The notes below the pieces were generated by a model. That model did not search any database, was not told where the DNA came from, and worked only from the letters and a program-made list of their open reading frames with translations. DNA of 64,000 nucleotides from Paecilomyces variotii (taxonomy: Eukaryota), in assembly GCA_004022145.1 (NCBI GenBank), contig RCNU01000002.1; one strand, written 5' to 3'. The number at the start of each line of letters is the position of its first letter. Position 1 is the first letter of the stretch. Below are positions 51,208 through 62,501 of this stretch, piece by piece. The position numbers were made by a program, and so were the translations under genes.

Positions 51208-54035
51208 TCACTGCTTGAATAGTTGGACAAAGCGCTTATATTGGCCAAAGACATCATAGTTTGGCAATTTGAAAACTGACGGCTTTGAATTTGGGTCAAT
51301 GGGCTTTCCGAAAACGACGGCACCTCCCATTGGGGGATTTGTTGGGACTGCTGTTCCGTTGCTCATGCCGGCACTTTCTGGTATATTGCTGGTCACACGT
51401 TGGAAATTTTCGATTTGGTACCAATAGCCAGCGCTCCCACCTGGGAGGTGGCGACGGGCCTGAAAGGGTCTGCTAGAGATAGCCCAGTATGTGCTGTTTC
51501 CCAGTTTCCTGAAGAGGACATTCGTTTCGCCATGATCTGATGCCAACCTTTCTAAACATGTCACCGGCGCAACGACATAATCGTAGCCAGATGGGACAGT
51601 GCAGCATGCGCAGGAATCTTGAAAGGTTCTCGGTTGGATAATTTTCCCAAGGTTATCGCCAATCACAACAGCATCCACAATGCCCGCGATACGAAGCAGA
51701 TCACGGGCGTTGCGTTTAACACGGACCTGTTTCATCCATGCTCCTCTTTCTGGGGGTAGCACAATGTCCAGAAACTCATGACCATAAAATGTCCTGGACG
51801 TTGACTCATCGGTTCTCTCGGCGGAACTGAGCATGTTGGTATTCAACCTTAGCATCAGATCTTGGAATAGAGTTTGGGATTCCTCTCTCCCGAATAGAAC
51901 CAGATTACCCTGATTTTCCAATCTTCTGATGATGTCCTCTGTATCTATATGGTCCGGCAAAAAAGGGACATTGCTTGACCCAGTAAGTTTCTTTAGGTAA
52001 ATATGAGACATGTGGACAAGCAAGCTTAATTTCGGTAATAGCCATCCTATCCTTGATCCAGAGTCGTATAATAAAACGAGATTGCGGCTCGTATCTCTCA
52101 GTAGTTCGGAATAAATTCGACTAGTGTCAAACTGGACCCTATTGACGACGAATTTACCAGTAATTCCGAGGTTCAGTCCGGCTTGGAAAGGGGACGCTGT
52201 AGTTGCCTGAATACCAGCAGCGATGCTATCCACATGAAGCGACTTCTTCTTAGGACGTGTTCGAGAAAGATACGGTAGTGGGCCTGTCACTAGGCCTTCG
52301 GTCCCAGCTCGGATACTGGCCTCGGTACACCACCCAATATAGCAATGCCGCCGCTCAAGCTCGGAGATGCTCTTCACTGATGCAGCAACCTTGAGGTCGA
52401 GACAATATGGGTTTATCTGACCACGTTCACTGACTTCTGCATGATACTGGACATAATCCTCGTGTATCTCTGTCGCAATGAGAGCCGTACGATATCCCAG
52501 AAGAATTATGGTATCATGGATTCTCACGGAGTATCTAACCGACGAGATCATGACCATATGATCGTAAGAGACTCGTAAACCCTTCCCTTTAGATCGTGCT
52601 TCTGTTGCAATGATTTCATCTTTCGCAATCACTCCTCGAATAAACAGATGTTGCCAACAGTCTGATGTTTTATTTTGAAAGGGTTCCTCTTTTAAGCATA
52701 GCTTGAGAACGAGGGAACGATCAATATTTGTGAGATCCTCAAGATCTACCTCAAGTCGGGGCTCCATAGACGTGAGAGCGAACTTTTCTGGGGTTCTCGA
52801 GGTCCTGATAGCTTTCCCGACGAAAGAGACTACTCCTGAAATTATTCCTAGAGACTTCTTTGTGATCCCAGGATCTAGCCAAAGTTTGAAACAACTGTGG
52901 TCGACGCTAAGGCTATGAATATAGTAACAAGAACGTGTATCGAGATGAGCAGCAAGAACTATCTCGACAACTAATGGACCCATTAGTTCAGGTTTAGTTT
53001 TGACATTGTGTTGAGGTAAAACTCACCCTCACCTGGAGCTCGACATGCCAGATGAATGTTGTCTACAAGACACTGTAGAATGTCATATCCATCTTTGCCC
53101 CATCGTCTGGACACAAATTCGGAGCAACTTGTCCCAGATATTTCAAGTGCGTTTGCCACTAGCACAAACTGCTCCTTCCAGTGTTGAGAAAGAATATCTT
53201 CTCCAGAATCGCTATCTTCTCTCGAGGAAACACTGTGGTAGGCTTTCAGTAATTTAGGGATTTCCCAGTCCATCTGTATTACTCGCACAACATCCAATGC
53301 CAAACTTGCACCCACAATGCTGGTAAAAGCTTCATCCAGGGTCCTGTAAGGTTGGTGACGGTTAAGATGTAGCCAGAAACTTGGCAATGGCTCTGCTCTG
53401 CAGCGCTGCCAAGTCCTAGCAGCAGTCATGACATTTGCTCCTCTAGCTATGAGGATCGGAGCGAATTCAAGACGGCGTGATTCAAAAACATCATCGAGAG
53501 GGGTTGTTCCATGGCTGTCTTTCCCATTCACATCTCCTCCGTGGCGCAGCAGTAGCTGAACTTTTTTGAGAGGATCAATGCTCGATAAAATTGCACGGCT
53601 AAGGGCAGTTTTACCAGCACCTGGAGCTGCATTGGCATTGGCACCAGCATCAAGAAGCAGTTCCATTGTTTCGTAATCACCAGTATCTGCTGCCCTTTGA
53701 AGGGCAGTACCAGACAACCCATATTGTTGGTCAACTTCTGCACCAGCGTCAATAAGTAGCCGGGTCAGTTTCGCTCCCTTAACTGCGGCATGATAGATTG
53801 GGGGTCCTGCTACCATCTCTGCCAGAGGTTCTCTTCCCGCGAATGGCTGATTTATATCCACTCCTGCGTCGATAAGGGACTTCACTCGTTCAAACGATCC
53901 ACGAAGGATACTCTCATATAATTGGTATTTATAGGAGTCCATTTCATCATGCGTTCTTGGACTGGGTAGGGGAGACTCTGGGCGCAGGTCTCCCTTCCCA
54001 GAAGAATCTTCCTCAGAACCTTCTGAGCTGCCCAT
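51208..54035 (-). CDS. Ankyrin-repeat protein with large uncharacterised C-terminal domain, about 923 aa
   Basis: Ankyrin repeats (GTALQRAADTGDYETMELLLDAGANAN, GKTALSRA, GTTPLD). Intron 53026-52971 (GTGAGT...CTAAT...TAG) fuses the 350-aa and 591-aa ORFs in phase. Confidence 0.72.
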
Positions 54036-55381
54036 GGTGTCTGGGTCGTAAGTATTCTTGGCAGCGGTAAGGGGATTGAAGAAACTAAATCAGGATTGAC
54101 CTGTGGTTGTAAGTATTCCTAGCAGTATTGAGTGAGAGAAAAGAAAAAAAAAACAGAAGAAATTAGGCCAGGATTGACAGGCCCGTCTTCCACTTATATA
54201 CCATTTCAGAAGGCCCTGGCGCTTGCAATTTGGACCAAAGCCGTCCAATAGGCCAGAACCTGTGCATGCACAAGAGAAGATTTAGCTTTCAGGGGTCACC
54301 AAGCGTTGCAGCGTATTGGAGGTTTTGCTACGCTTCCTTCAGCGTGCGGAGAAGTAGCAACAGCTGTCTAGGGTTTAGTTTGTCGGATGAGTATGGTAGT
54401 AGTCCTATCACCATCCTAAGAATGCGACACATGATAACAGAGAAATGATGGAGTGGCGTGTAGACACACATATCGAGTTGTCATTGCAGTGCCAATACTT
54501 ACTGACAGCCAATTATAAAGGCAGACTGCTGCTACAGCCTTGTCTTACAACAGAGAATAGCAAGGGCTCTGAATCAATAGATAGGCAGCTTGGCCGCTTG
54601 GGACCCAATCTATCGCTGATAAACCACATAGGTTTTTAGCCTTGATGTGTTTCGGGCGAATCCAGCCGGCTTCTTGATAATTATAGCAAAAGATCCAAGA
54701 AGCCCTTCTGATGAGCTGCTGACGAGTGCCTTGCCCCTTCACTGCAAAGTTTGAAACTAGGTGGCCGCGACAGCGCTTTGAAGCAGCCCGGAGAAACTGC
54801 AAATACCATACCATCATAAGTGACAAAGTCTGTACTGTCACAAGGGTCGTAGTGCAGAGGAGGAGCTGGTTAGGTATGTCTGGTTGGAACAGAGAGGTCA
54901 ATGTCAATCGCATGGAAAGAATGGAAGAACAACACAGGAGAATGAACAAAACCGCCTGAGGCACAAAATAAGATATAATAAATGAGTATATGCTCTTGGC
55001 AGGAAAGTGAACAGAGCTTGCGTTTGATGGCTTCGACTGTTGCTGTAATAATAATGTTGTTGTCAAGTAATTAAGTACGGTCTAGGGCGGTGGATCGGGA
55101 CACCAGGCTCTCACCCCGCCTGCCCCTCCACGCTGTAGATTGACATTCATTCTCTGGCCTCATCCCGCTAGACTCTACTGTTCAGTATAGATTTCCTGAC
55201 ATTTACCTTGCAGTGTGTATACATATATTTACTTCGTTTCTCCCTTGTCTTTTTGTCCCCATTCCCTATTTCTTTATCTATATATTCTGCTAGAGAGAGA
55301 TTTTGCAGACTGAGAGATCATTTCGATCTATGAGACAATAACGCAGCATTGAACTATCTCACGACACCAAAGACACCAGAT

Positions 55382-56509
55382 ATGCCCGGAATCCCCGTCA
55401 CGATTATCACCGGCTTCCTCGGATCCGGAAAGACCACCATCCTCCTGAACCTGATACCCCAACTCCCGCCAAGCTACAAGCTTGCCCTCCTAAAAAACGA
55501 ATTCGGTGACGTCGCCATCGACTCCCAACTTGCCTCAACACAATCCATCTCCGGCGTACGCGAACTCCTAAACGGCTGCATCTGCTGCAATCTTGTTGGA
55601 CAACTGAGCGATGCGCTCAACCAGCTCCGGGATGAAGTGCAGCCGGATCGGATCGTGATCGAGACGAGCGGTAGCGCATTCCCCGCCACGTTGGCAATGG
55701 AAGTGAACCGACTCTCGAGGGAGCAAGGGGGAACTTTCGTGCTCGATGGGGTTATCAGTGTGATCGATGTAGAGAACTGGCAGGGATATGATGATACATC
55801 GTATACGGCGAAGCTGCAGGCCAAGTATACGGATTTGATCATCTTCAATAAGTGGGAGAACGTGCCGGAGCAGCGGTTCGATATCTGTCTGGATCGACTG
55901 GGAGATTTGGAACTGCAGACACCATGGGTGAAGTCCGATAAAGGGAAAGTGGATAAGGATCTTCTACTGGGCATTGATGGAGCTTTGCTTGCGAAAGATC
56001 CGAACATTGACCCAGAACATCTGGTGGATGGACATGATCATGACCATGACCACGGCAAGAATGGACACCAGTCCGAAGTCGAAGTGCTCACCGTCAGCCT
56101 CAAGTCGACGACCTCATCGTCCGACCGACCGACCGTCAACCTCACCTCTCTCGAGACGTTCCTCCTTGCTGCCCCTAAAGATGAAGTGTATCGAATCAAG
56201 GGTGTCATCCGATGCTCCACCACAAATCCGCCAGCAGACTCATCGGGTGAGAAGAAGGAACCGACTGCTACCTCCCCCGAGTCTAGCGGAACTCAATACT
56301 ACCTCTTGAACTGGGCCTTCGGGCGATGGACATTCACTCCATCTTCAGGGCTCGCAGATAATGTAGACCCCTCGACTGTTGCTCGCATCACGGTGATCCT
56401 CGCGCGGTATGAGTCCGCCAAGTGGAAGAAGAAGCTCGAAGATGGCGGACTGGTCGAAGTCGACGGCGATGCTGCCATTGGACAGTTAACAGTCGAAAGG
56501 ATAATCTAA
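55382..56509 (+). CDS. CobW/COG0523 (G3E) metallochaperone GTPase
   Basis: Walker A GFLGSGKT, NEFGD, GCICC metal motif, IVIETSG, NKW, His-rich HDHDHDH linker and YRIKG in the CobW_C region. Confidence 0.92.
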   Translation: MPGIPVTIITGFLGSGKTTILLNLIPQLPPSYKLALLKNEFGDVAIDSQLASTQSISGVRELLNGCICCNLVGQLSDALNQLRDEVQPDRIVIETSGSAFPATLAMEVNRLSREQGGTFVLDGVISVIDVENWQGYDDTSYTAKLQAKYTDLIIFNKWENVPEQRFDICLDRLGDLELQTPWVKSDKGKVDKDLLLGIDGALLAKDPNIDPEHLVDGHDHDHDHGKNGHQSEVEVLTVSLKSTTSSSDRPTVNLTSLETFLLAAPKDEVYRIKGVIRCSTTNPPADSSGEKKEPTATSPESSGTQYYLLNWAFGRWTFTPSSGLADNVDPSTVARITVILARYESAKWKKKLEDGGLVEVDGDAAIGQLTVERII

Positions 56510-56983
56510 GAGCCCATCTTCTGCACAAATAGAAATACGAATGACTGAACGAGTTGATTGTCGACATACATTGTACATTTGGATAGATACCCTTACACTC
56601 TAATTGTCCTACTTTACTCGGGATGAGCAATGGGAAGGAAAACAAATTAAGGAGAGAATTAAGAGTTGGACTGTATTATCTTCCATATGCTTGAAATTAC
56701 CGGAATATAAAGCACCAAAACCATTAGGCAAAGATGTCCTTCCATCAATAACCCAATTCTAGCCTTTTTTTTTCTTTCTCTATCGCTGCCGTGAGGGTCG
56801 CTGCGGCAAGCTCTATCGGGTCTTCTGAAAACGGACAAGGCAAGAAGCACAAAACAACACTCGAACAAAAATCACGTATTATCTTCACTCCAAATGAATA
56901 GTGGGCCAAGAGAAAGAGCGAACGGAAGATCGGATGAGCGGGCTCTCCGAACACTCTTTTCTTGTTTGACAACCACATCACTC

Positions 56984-58423
56984 TTAGTAATTGAGCAGGG
57001 CAGAGGCGCCGTTCTCACTGGAGATGTAGATAACTTCGTGGTTATCGGGAAACCCGTTGAAGCGGGTGGCACTACATCTAGTGTAGGCACCCATGTTCTC
57101 AAAGTAAAGCCAGTCTCCAACGTCCAGGAGACCGGGCAGAGTGATGCGCTCCGAGATGATGTCAATGCCATCGCAAGTCGGGCCCCAGATGGAGTAATCG
57201 ATGCCCTTTTGCTCAGGAACGCTAGATTCGGACGAGCCCGGAGTGGATGGAACGGAAGAGTCCATGCATGTCAGGATCTGGGCGACAGGGTGCTGGTGGT
57301 CAAAGATGATGTTGGAGAAGTTGCCATAGACACCATCATTGAGGTACAGCATGTACGCATCCCGGGACGGGTCCAGCGGATCGGGCACGTCGCGACGAGC
57401 AATGACATTCGCGGCCAGGGTAAATGCGCTCGCGACATAGTAACGACCGGGTTCCGCGATGATACGGATGTTCGGTGGAAAAAGGTTGTCCAGTGCTTCA
57501 CCAAGAACACCTGCAAATTGTTCAAAGGTGTCCTCACAGAAGCCACCACCGACGTCGAGCGTGTGGAGCTCGTGGCCCAATTCCGCAGCTTGGTCGAACA
57601 CGGCACGAGCATCCCGGACGGCCTTGAGGAATGCGTTCGGGTCTTCGGCTCCAGAGCCAACGTGGAAGCTCACACCAACAACCTTTAGCTCCAGCTCGCG
57701 GGCAAGCTCCAGAAGAGGGCGGGCAATGTCCAAAGAGGCGCCAAATTTCATGCTGAGACGACAAAGACTAGTCGAATCGTCCGTCAAGATACGCAGGTAC
57801 AGTTCTGCTTCGGGGAAATTGGCCTTAATCTTGTACAGTTCATCGGCATTGTCAAAAGTCATCTGCTTGACCCCCATCTGGGCCGCGTAGCGGAGGTAGG
57901 ACTTGGTCTTGCAGGGCTGGGCATAGATGATGCGGCTGGGGTCGATACCAGTGTTCAGCGCGAGATCGATCTCAGCCTTGGATGCGCAGTCGAAACCATT
58001 TCCCAGCTGGGCCATGAGGCGAAGAATCTCCGGATCGGGGTTGCACTTGACCGCTGTGTATTGTTTCAAGTCAGTTATCCGCGTCACAATTTAACAGACT
58101 CAAGACTCAAGGCGAGACCTACCGTAAAAGGGCTTCACGCGACCCAAGTTCATCTTCCAGCGGAGATGCTGGCGGTAGATCTCGCCCATGTCCGCGACGT
58201 AGAACGCATCTTCCTCTCCCGCGCGACACTCGTCGACATCGATGCTCTGGACACGTTTCTTCAAGATCTCAAAGACTAGGTCCCTAGCAGCCAACTTGGC
58301 CTGATTCAATTCATGTGCGCCATGATTATGGTTGAGATTGCTCTCATGTATATTATTATTGTCGTGATACTGTTTAGTCACGTATACTTCAGGGGGCGCG
58401 AGGACTGAAGGTGCCATAACCAT
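56984..58423 (-). CDS. spe1: Ornithine decarboxylase, 456 aa, 2 coding exons
   Basis: PLP-lysine motif PFY/AVKCN across intron 58122-58054. FDCASKAE, GVSFHVGSG, LDVGGGF, AEPGRYY, WGPTCDGID and GAYT...FNGF. Start MVMAPSV at 58423. Confidence 0.96.
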
Positions 58424-58510
58424 GCGGCTGAATTCAGGCACGGAGCTCTTTTCGGCTAGAAAAAAGAGAGAGACGAAAGCGAATAGTCCTTTTCTTTACG
58501 CAAAAGCGCG

Positions 58511-58744
58511 TTAGGGAGGACGGAACGTTTCGCAACCGAAGTTGACTGGACCTAGCCTCCTCGACCCTTCCTCCGAAAGAGGAAGAACCTTAAGAGTAGT
58601 CCTATGCGGCAGCTGGGTGGTTTGGGACGACGGGGACGCCGGCGGTTGGAAGTTCAGAGGCGCACCGAACGGAGACTCGTGGACGGTCAGCAAGAGGAGG
58701 TGGAATGTTGTTAAGCGTGTGTCGCAAACGCCTGGGGGAGACAA
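58511..58744 (-). promoter_or_regulatory. Non-AUG (UUG) upstream ORF of ODC (uCC-type), 77 codons ending FRPP*
   Basis: TCAAG-TTG-TCT start context and open frame to TAA at 58513-58511, 87 nt before the ODC ATG. The surrounding leader has no AUG. Confidence 0.75.
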
Positions 58745-58856
58745 CTTGACGAGAGAGCAGAGATGAGGCTACGAGAGCCGTGTTGGGATGGCGCCTTTGG
58801 GGATTCCAAAGGCTGACAGAGGGCAGGAAAAGGCGAAGATATAGCTTTCGCCGTCA

Positions 58857-59054
58857 CTGAAGCGCAGCCACGTCAGTTAGTCTGGCTCAGCTGGGGAGGA
58901 CACGGGGATGTTGGAGGTGGGTGCAGAGATTTCAGGATTTGAGAGCTCCGTGAATTTAGGGCAAAGGGCACGGCGTTTGAGACGGGGATCTAAGTACCGA
59001 GGCTGGTGGAAACCAGCCAGGCCGACTGCAGAAATGGGAAAATCGCGCACTCAC
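58857..59054 (-). other. Predicted 198-nt intron in the ODC 5' leader
   Basis: Donor GTGAGT at 59054, branch CTAAC at 58880-58876, acceptor CTTCAG ending at 58857. Confidence 0.55.
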
Positions 59055-60729
59055 CAAGATCACGAAAGTTGATGCGTCAATTGCTGGAGCAAATGGTGAG
59101 GTGAAAAGGTGGGAAGAGAGAAGAGCGAGTTGAAGTACTCTACGGACGAGGGCGGTGATGGCGGGGGTTCCAATTTTGTCACCGAAGCGGTCTGTGGGGG
59201 AACATGAGCGAAATTTGGGCAACGCGGGATTCGACTTGACTCTACTCTTCTCTACTTTACTCTACTCTACTCCCCGGCATCTAGCCTGGTCTCTTTTCTT
59301 CCTGTCGCCGGGATATTATTATTATTATGTATTCCCTATAGTCTGCCAACCCCTCTACTCAGCCACCCGGCAAAAAAGTTTTGACTTCAGTAATCTAGAA
59401 AGATCCGCCTTACACCAGATGGTGATTTCTCATGCGCCTTTTTCTCGGACCAACCGACGTATCCTAGATATGGACTGCGAGGCTTCTTTACAAAAGAGAC
59501 GCTCGATACGATAATGGGTCAATTTTTCCCTCAGTCAATCTATCTATTGTCTTTTCACTTGACGCTTTTCCCAGCCTATTTCAGCCGTGCTTCGCCACGC
59601 GCGCGGAAATACCGCTGTTGCATAAGATTCCTTAATAATATTGCTCTTAGTTCAATTAGACTACCTTTTTCATTGTAATTCAGCTATCACTATTCTGGTC
59701 TTGATACGAAAAGGAGATATTAATTCCTTTCAGCGCCTCTTGCCCCAACCTCTCTATATATATAACGCATACATCTTTCACCAGGCTAGCCCCCTACGCT
59801 AGCTAGAAGAAAGCCCAGTATTCTTCATCAAACTCACCATCCTCCTCGTTCAGAATCAAATCAAACATGTGACCCTTTCCGTAGTGCGAGTCCTCCGCCT
59901 CCGGAGTGTCCCATGACTGCCATCTTCTTTGTATTCACTCGATACCTTGTGCCGGCAGCCTCTTCCTGCAGCAATGAATTTGCATTCTTTCATCCAGATA
60001 AGGCAGTCTCGCGAATCAGTGATTGGTCTCTCAAAAACTGAGACCTGCGGACATAACTGATAGTTGTGTATAAAGACAAGGAATCCTGCTTTCGTTAAAT
60101 AAGATATCTGGAACCGACCCAAGAATGAGGCCGTCACCGTGTAGGTCCTAGGATGGGCACTTTCTACGATTAGAATACAGGACAGAAACTATGATTATTT
60201 ATGTGGTCGTTAGAGACTCCTTCAACTACTTTATACGTCAACATCCTGGTCTTCATTTCTATTCATTTGTGTCTGAAACTGTTCAAGGCCGTTCTGTGGT
60301 ATAATATGGAAAGCTTTTACGTTATGGGACTGTCCATGGGGAATCTGTTTTTAATTACATTGTACCATCATCCATTTTCATTTTGATCTTGGCTCCTTAC
60401 TGTCAGGGCCTTGGATGAGTGTATGAGGGTTTTGATATGGTGTTGCTCGAGATCCCGATACTCCCCACTATGCGGTGTGGGTAACTATATGGGCCAGTAC
60501 ATTATATACGAGCCACTAACAGACAGAAGCGGCCCGGAACAGAAAGACCATTAAAACGGCTCGCGTTTTCCCCCGATGACACACCTCTTCTTGTTTCCAC
60601 ATCTACCCGGAACGGGCGAGTCAACCCCGCGGATCTTGCCCTCAAGAGCCGCGGGATAGAAAAAGGACCCGTGTCGTTATTATTTCGAGCACGCGGAATT
60701 TCCGCAATAGTTGGTCTCCAATGCGGAGT

Positions 60730-61863
60730 TTATTCGTGGTTCCGCCCGTAGCAGTGGAGTTCAATGTTGTCGACGTGCCCATCTTCCCCGAAACCGAATG
60801 ATGGCAACGCGATCTTGTCATGGTCCAAGGTCGCAAATCCGGCACCTTGCATTAGATCAAAGAAAATGGCTTCACTGTCGTGTCGTCTCTTCAAAGCCAC
60901 AAGCACAAGGGCTTCAGGAGATGTCTGAACCAGAGCATCCAGCACGTGAACCAATGAAGGTAAGCTATCTGCGTTATACGTGCAGTCTGAAACCAGGATG
61001 AAGTCAATCCCCGCGTTCCTCAGCTCATCAGGAGGCTGCTCGTCCCAGTCCAAGGTCTGGAAAGCAAGTGCTGATTTAGGGGCGAGCTGCGCAACTGCCA
61101 TATTGCGCGTTACAATGTCGTTCACCTCAGCCAAGTCGGTGAGCATCACTGAACATTCAGGCAATAGCTCTGCCAGTGCGATCCCGACAATTCCACAGCC
61201 GGATCCCAGCTCGACCACCCGCAGCGGACTGCGCGTTTTGCGGAGGCGTTGTTCAAGAGAAGGCATCCGTCCAGCTTGGCCTTCAATGGCCCGCTGGAGG
61301 TAGATAATCGACGCCAGAGCGGCATCCCTGTGGGTGAGGGCATTTAGATTTTAGACTGCAGCTGGAGACGGTCTATCTTACCAAATATGTCTCGCGATGC
61401 TATTGCCCGTCTCTTCCCAGATACTTAAATTATGTTTCCCCTGCAGATGGAAGCGTCTCTCGACCAGTCTCTCTGTTTGAAGATCTTTGGGTCCTCCGAA
61501 CGGAGTACTCCATCCTGATATGACCAATGGCACCGTGGACTCGTGCGACATCTGGTCCCGTTGACACTGTCCTGAATCAACGGCGCCGATGCCTAGGACC
61601 ACAGGTTGATTATTGCAGATATTTCGGTCAAAGGGCCCCAGAGATACCCAAAGCTGTCGACTGCCAGCCTGCCATGAGATCGATTTCCCTAATAAGGGAA
61701 CATTGGAGTTATGGTTGGTCAATGTCACTCTTAACTCTACATCGTCTGGCAGGAAGGAATCCCCCAGGTCTGTCGTGACGCATATCAGGGCGGAAACTGA
61801 TAACGAGGAGCGACTGGACTTCTCCGTCTTGGGGGGCTTCAAGAAACGAACGTAGTATACCAT
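60730..61863 (-). CDS. Protein-lysine N-methyltransferase, Methyltransf_16 (METTL21-like) family
   Basis: EETGNSIARHIW/DAALAS across intron 61381-61328, SAM motif VVELGSGCGIVG, LTDL, LDW and SDCTYN. Confidence 0.88.
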
Positions 61864-62501
61864 CTTGGCAGCTCACCAGACGGGAGCCTCTGGTGGTTTA
61901 TCAATTAAACATTATTAAATATTCAATATTACCGAGCTACGAAGGTTTCGCAGAGACTGCGGAGGTCCACGGTTTTCCCCCCAGGCTGTGGCGATGATTG
62001 GTAGAGGATCGTATCTCACGTGTGTGCTGATTCATGATGGTTTCTCGCTGGAGGCCTGAGGCGCCACTGGCCCGGTTCTGGTTTTTCTTCGATTCCAGAG
62101 AGTTGGGTTAATTATTAGTCGGAGAGCAGCTGGTAGAGAAGAAGAAACTTGCTAGGTTCGTAGACAGGCAGGGAAAGTCCCCATGGGTTTAGTTAGAATG
62201 TTAGATAGTCCGTAATTAAGGTCACCCTCCGCTGCGGTTCCTTTGCCCGCCAGAATAACATCATCTCCCCTGGTACGGACCATGTCTCGAGCCCTCCACC
62301 GCCCGACATCGACTTTGCACATCTCACCGCTGCAGCGAACTCCATCCATTCAGTAATACGCTCATTTCCAATGCGTCTTGCGTCTGAGAGATCTCACTCG
62401 TGCAGTGGATCGTTGCGCCTCTCTGCCCCTCAGACTACTGTTTCATCAATACCAACAACATCATTATCAGCATTGCGGCCGCGACCGCATTGCCATCCAG
62501 G

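Noticed and set aside
43122-54035. Possible Starship or other large mobile element
   Set aside because: No tyrosine recombinase captain, transposase, LTR or terminal repeat is visible in the window.
54545-55066. 173-aa hydrophobic minus-strand ORF
   Set aside because: TTG start and no recognisable family. It could be a degenerate membrane-protein remnant but cannot be supported.
56894-57688. 264-aa plus-strand ORF
   Set aside because: Antisense shadow of ornithine decarboxylase.
58424-58513. Readthrough fusion of the uORF to ODC (same frame)
   Set aside because: A second in-frame TAA follows five codons after the uORF stop.
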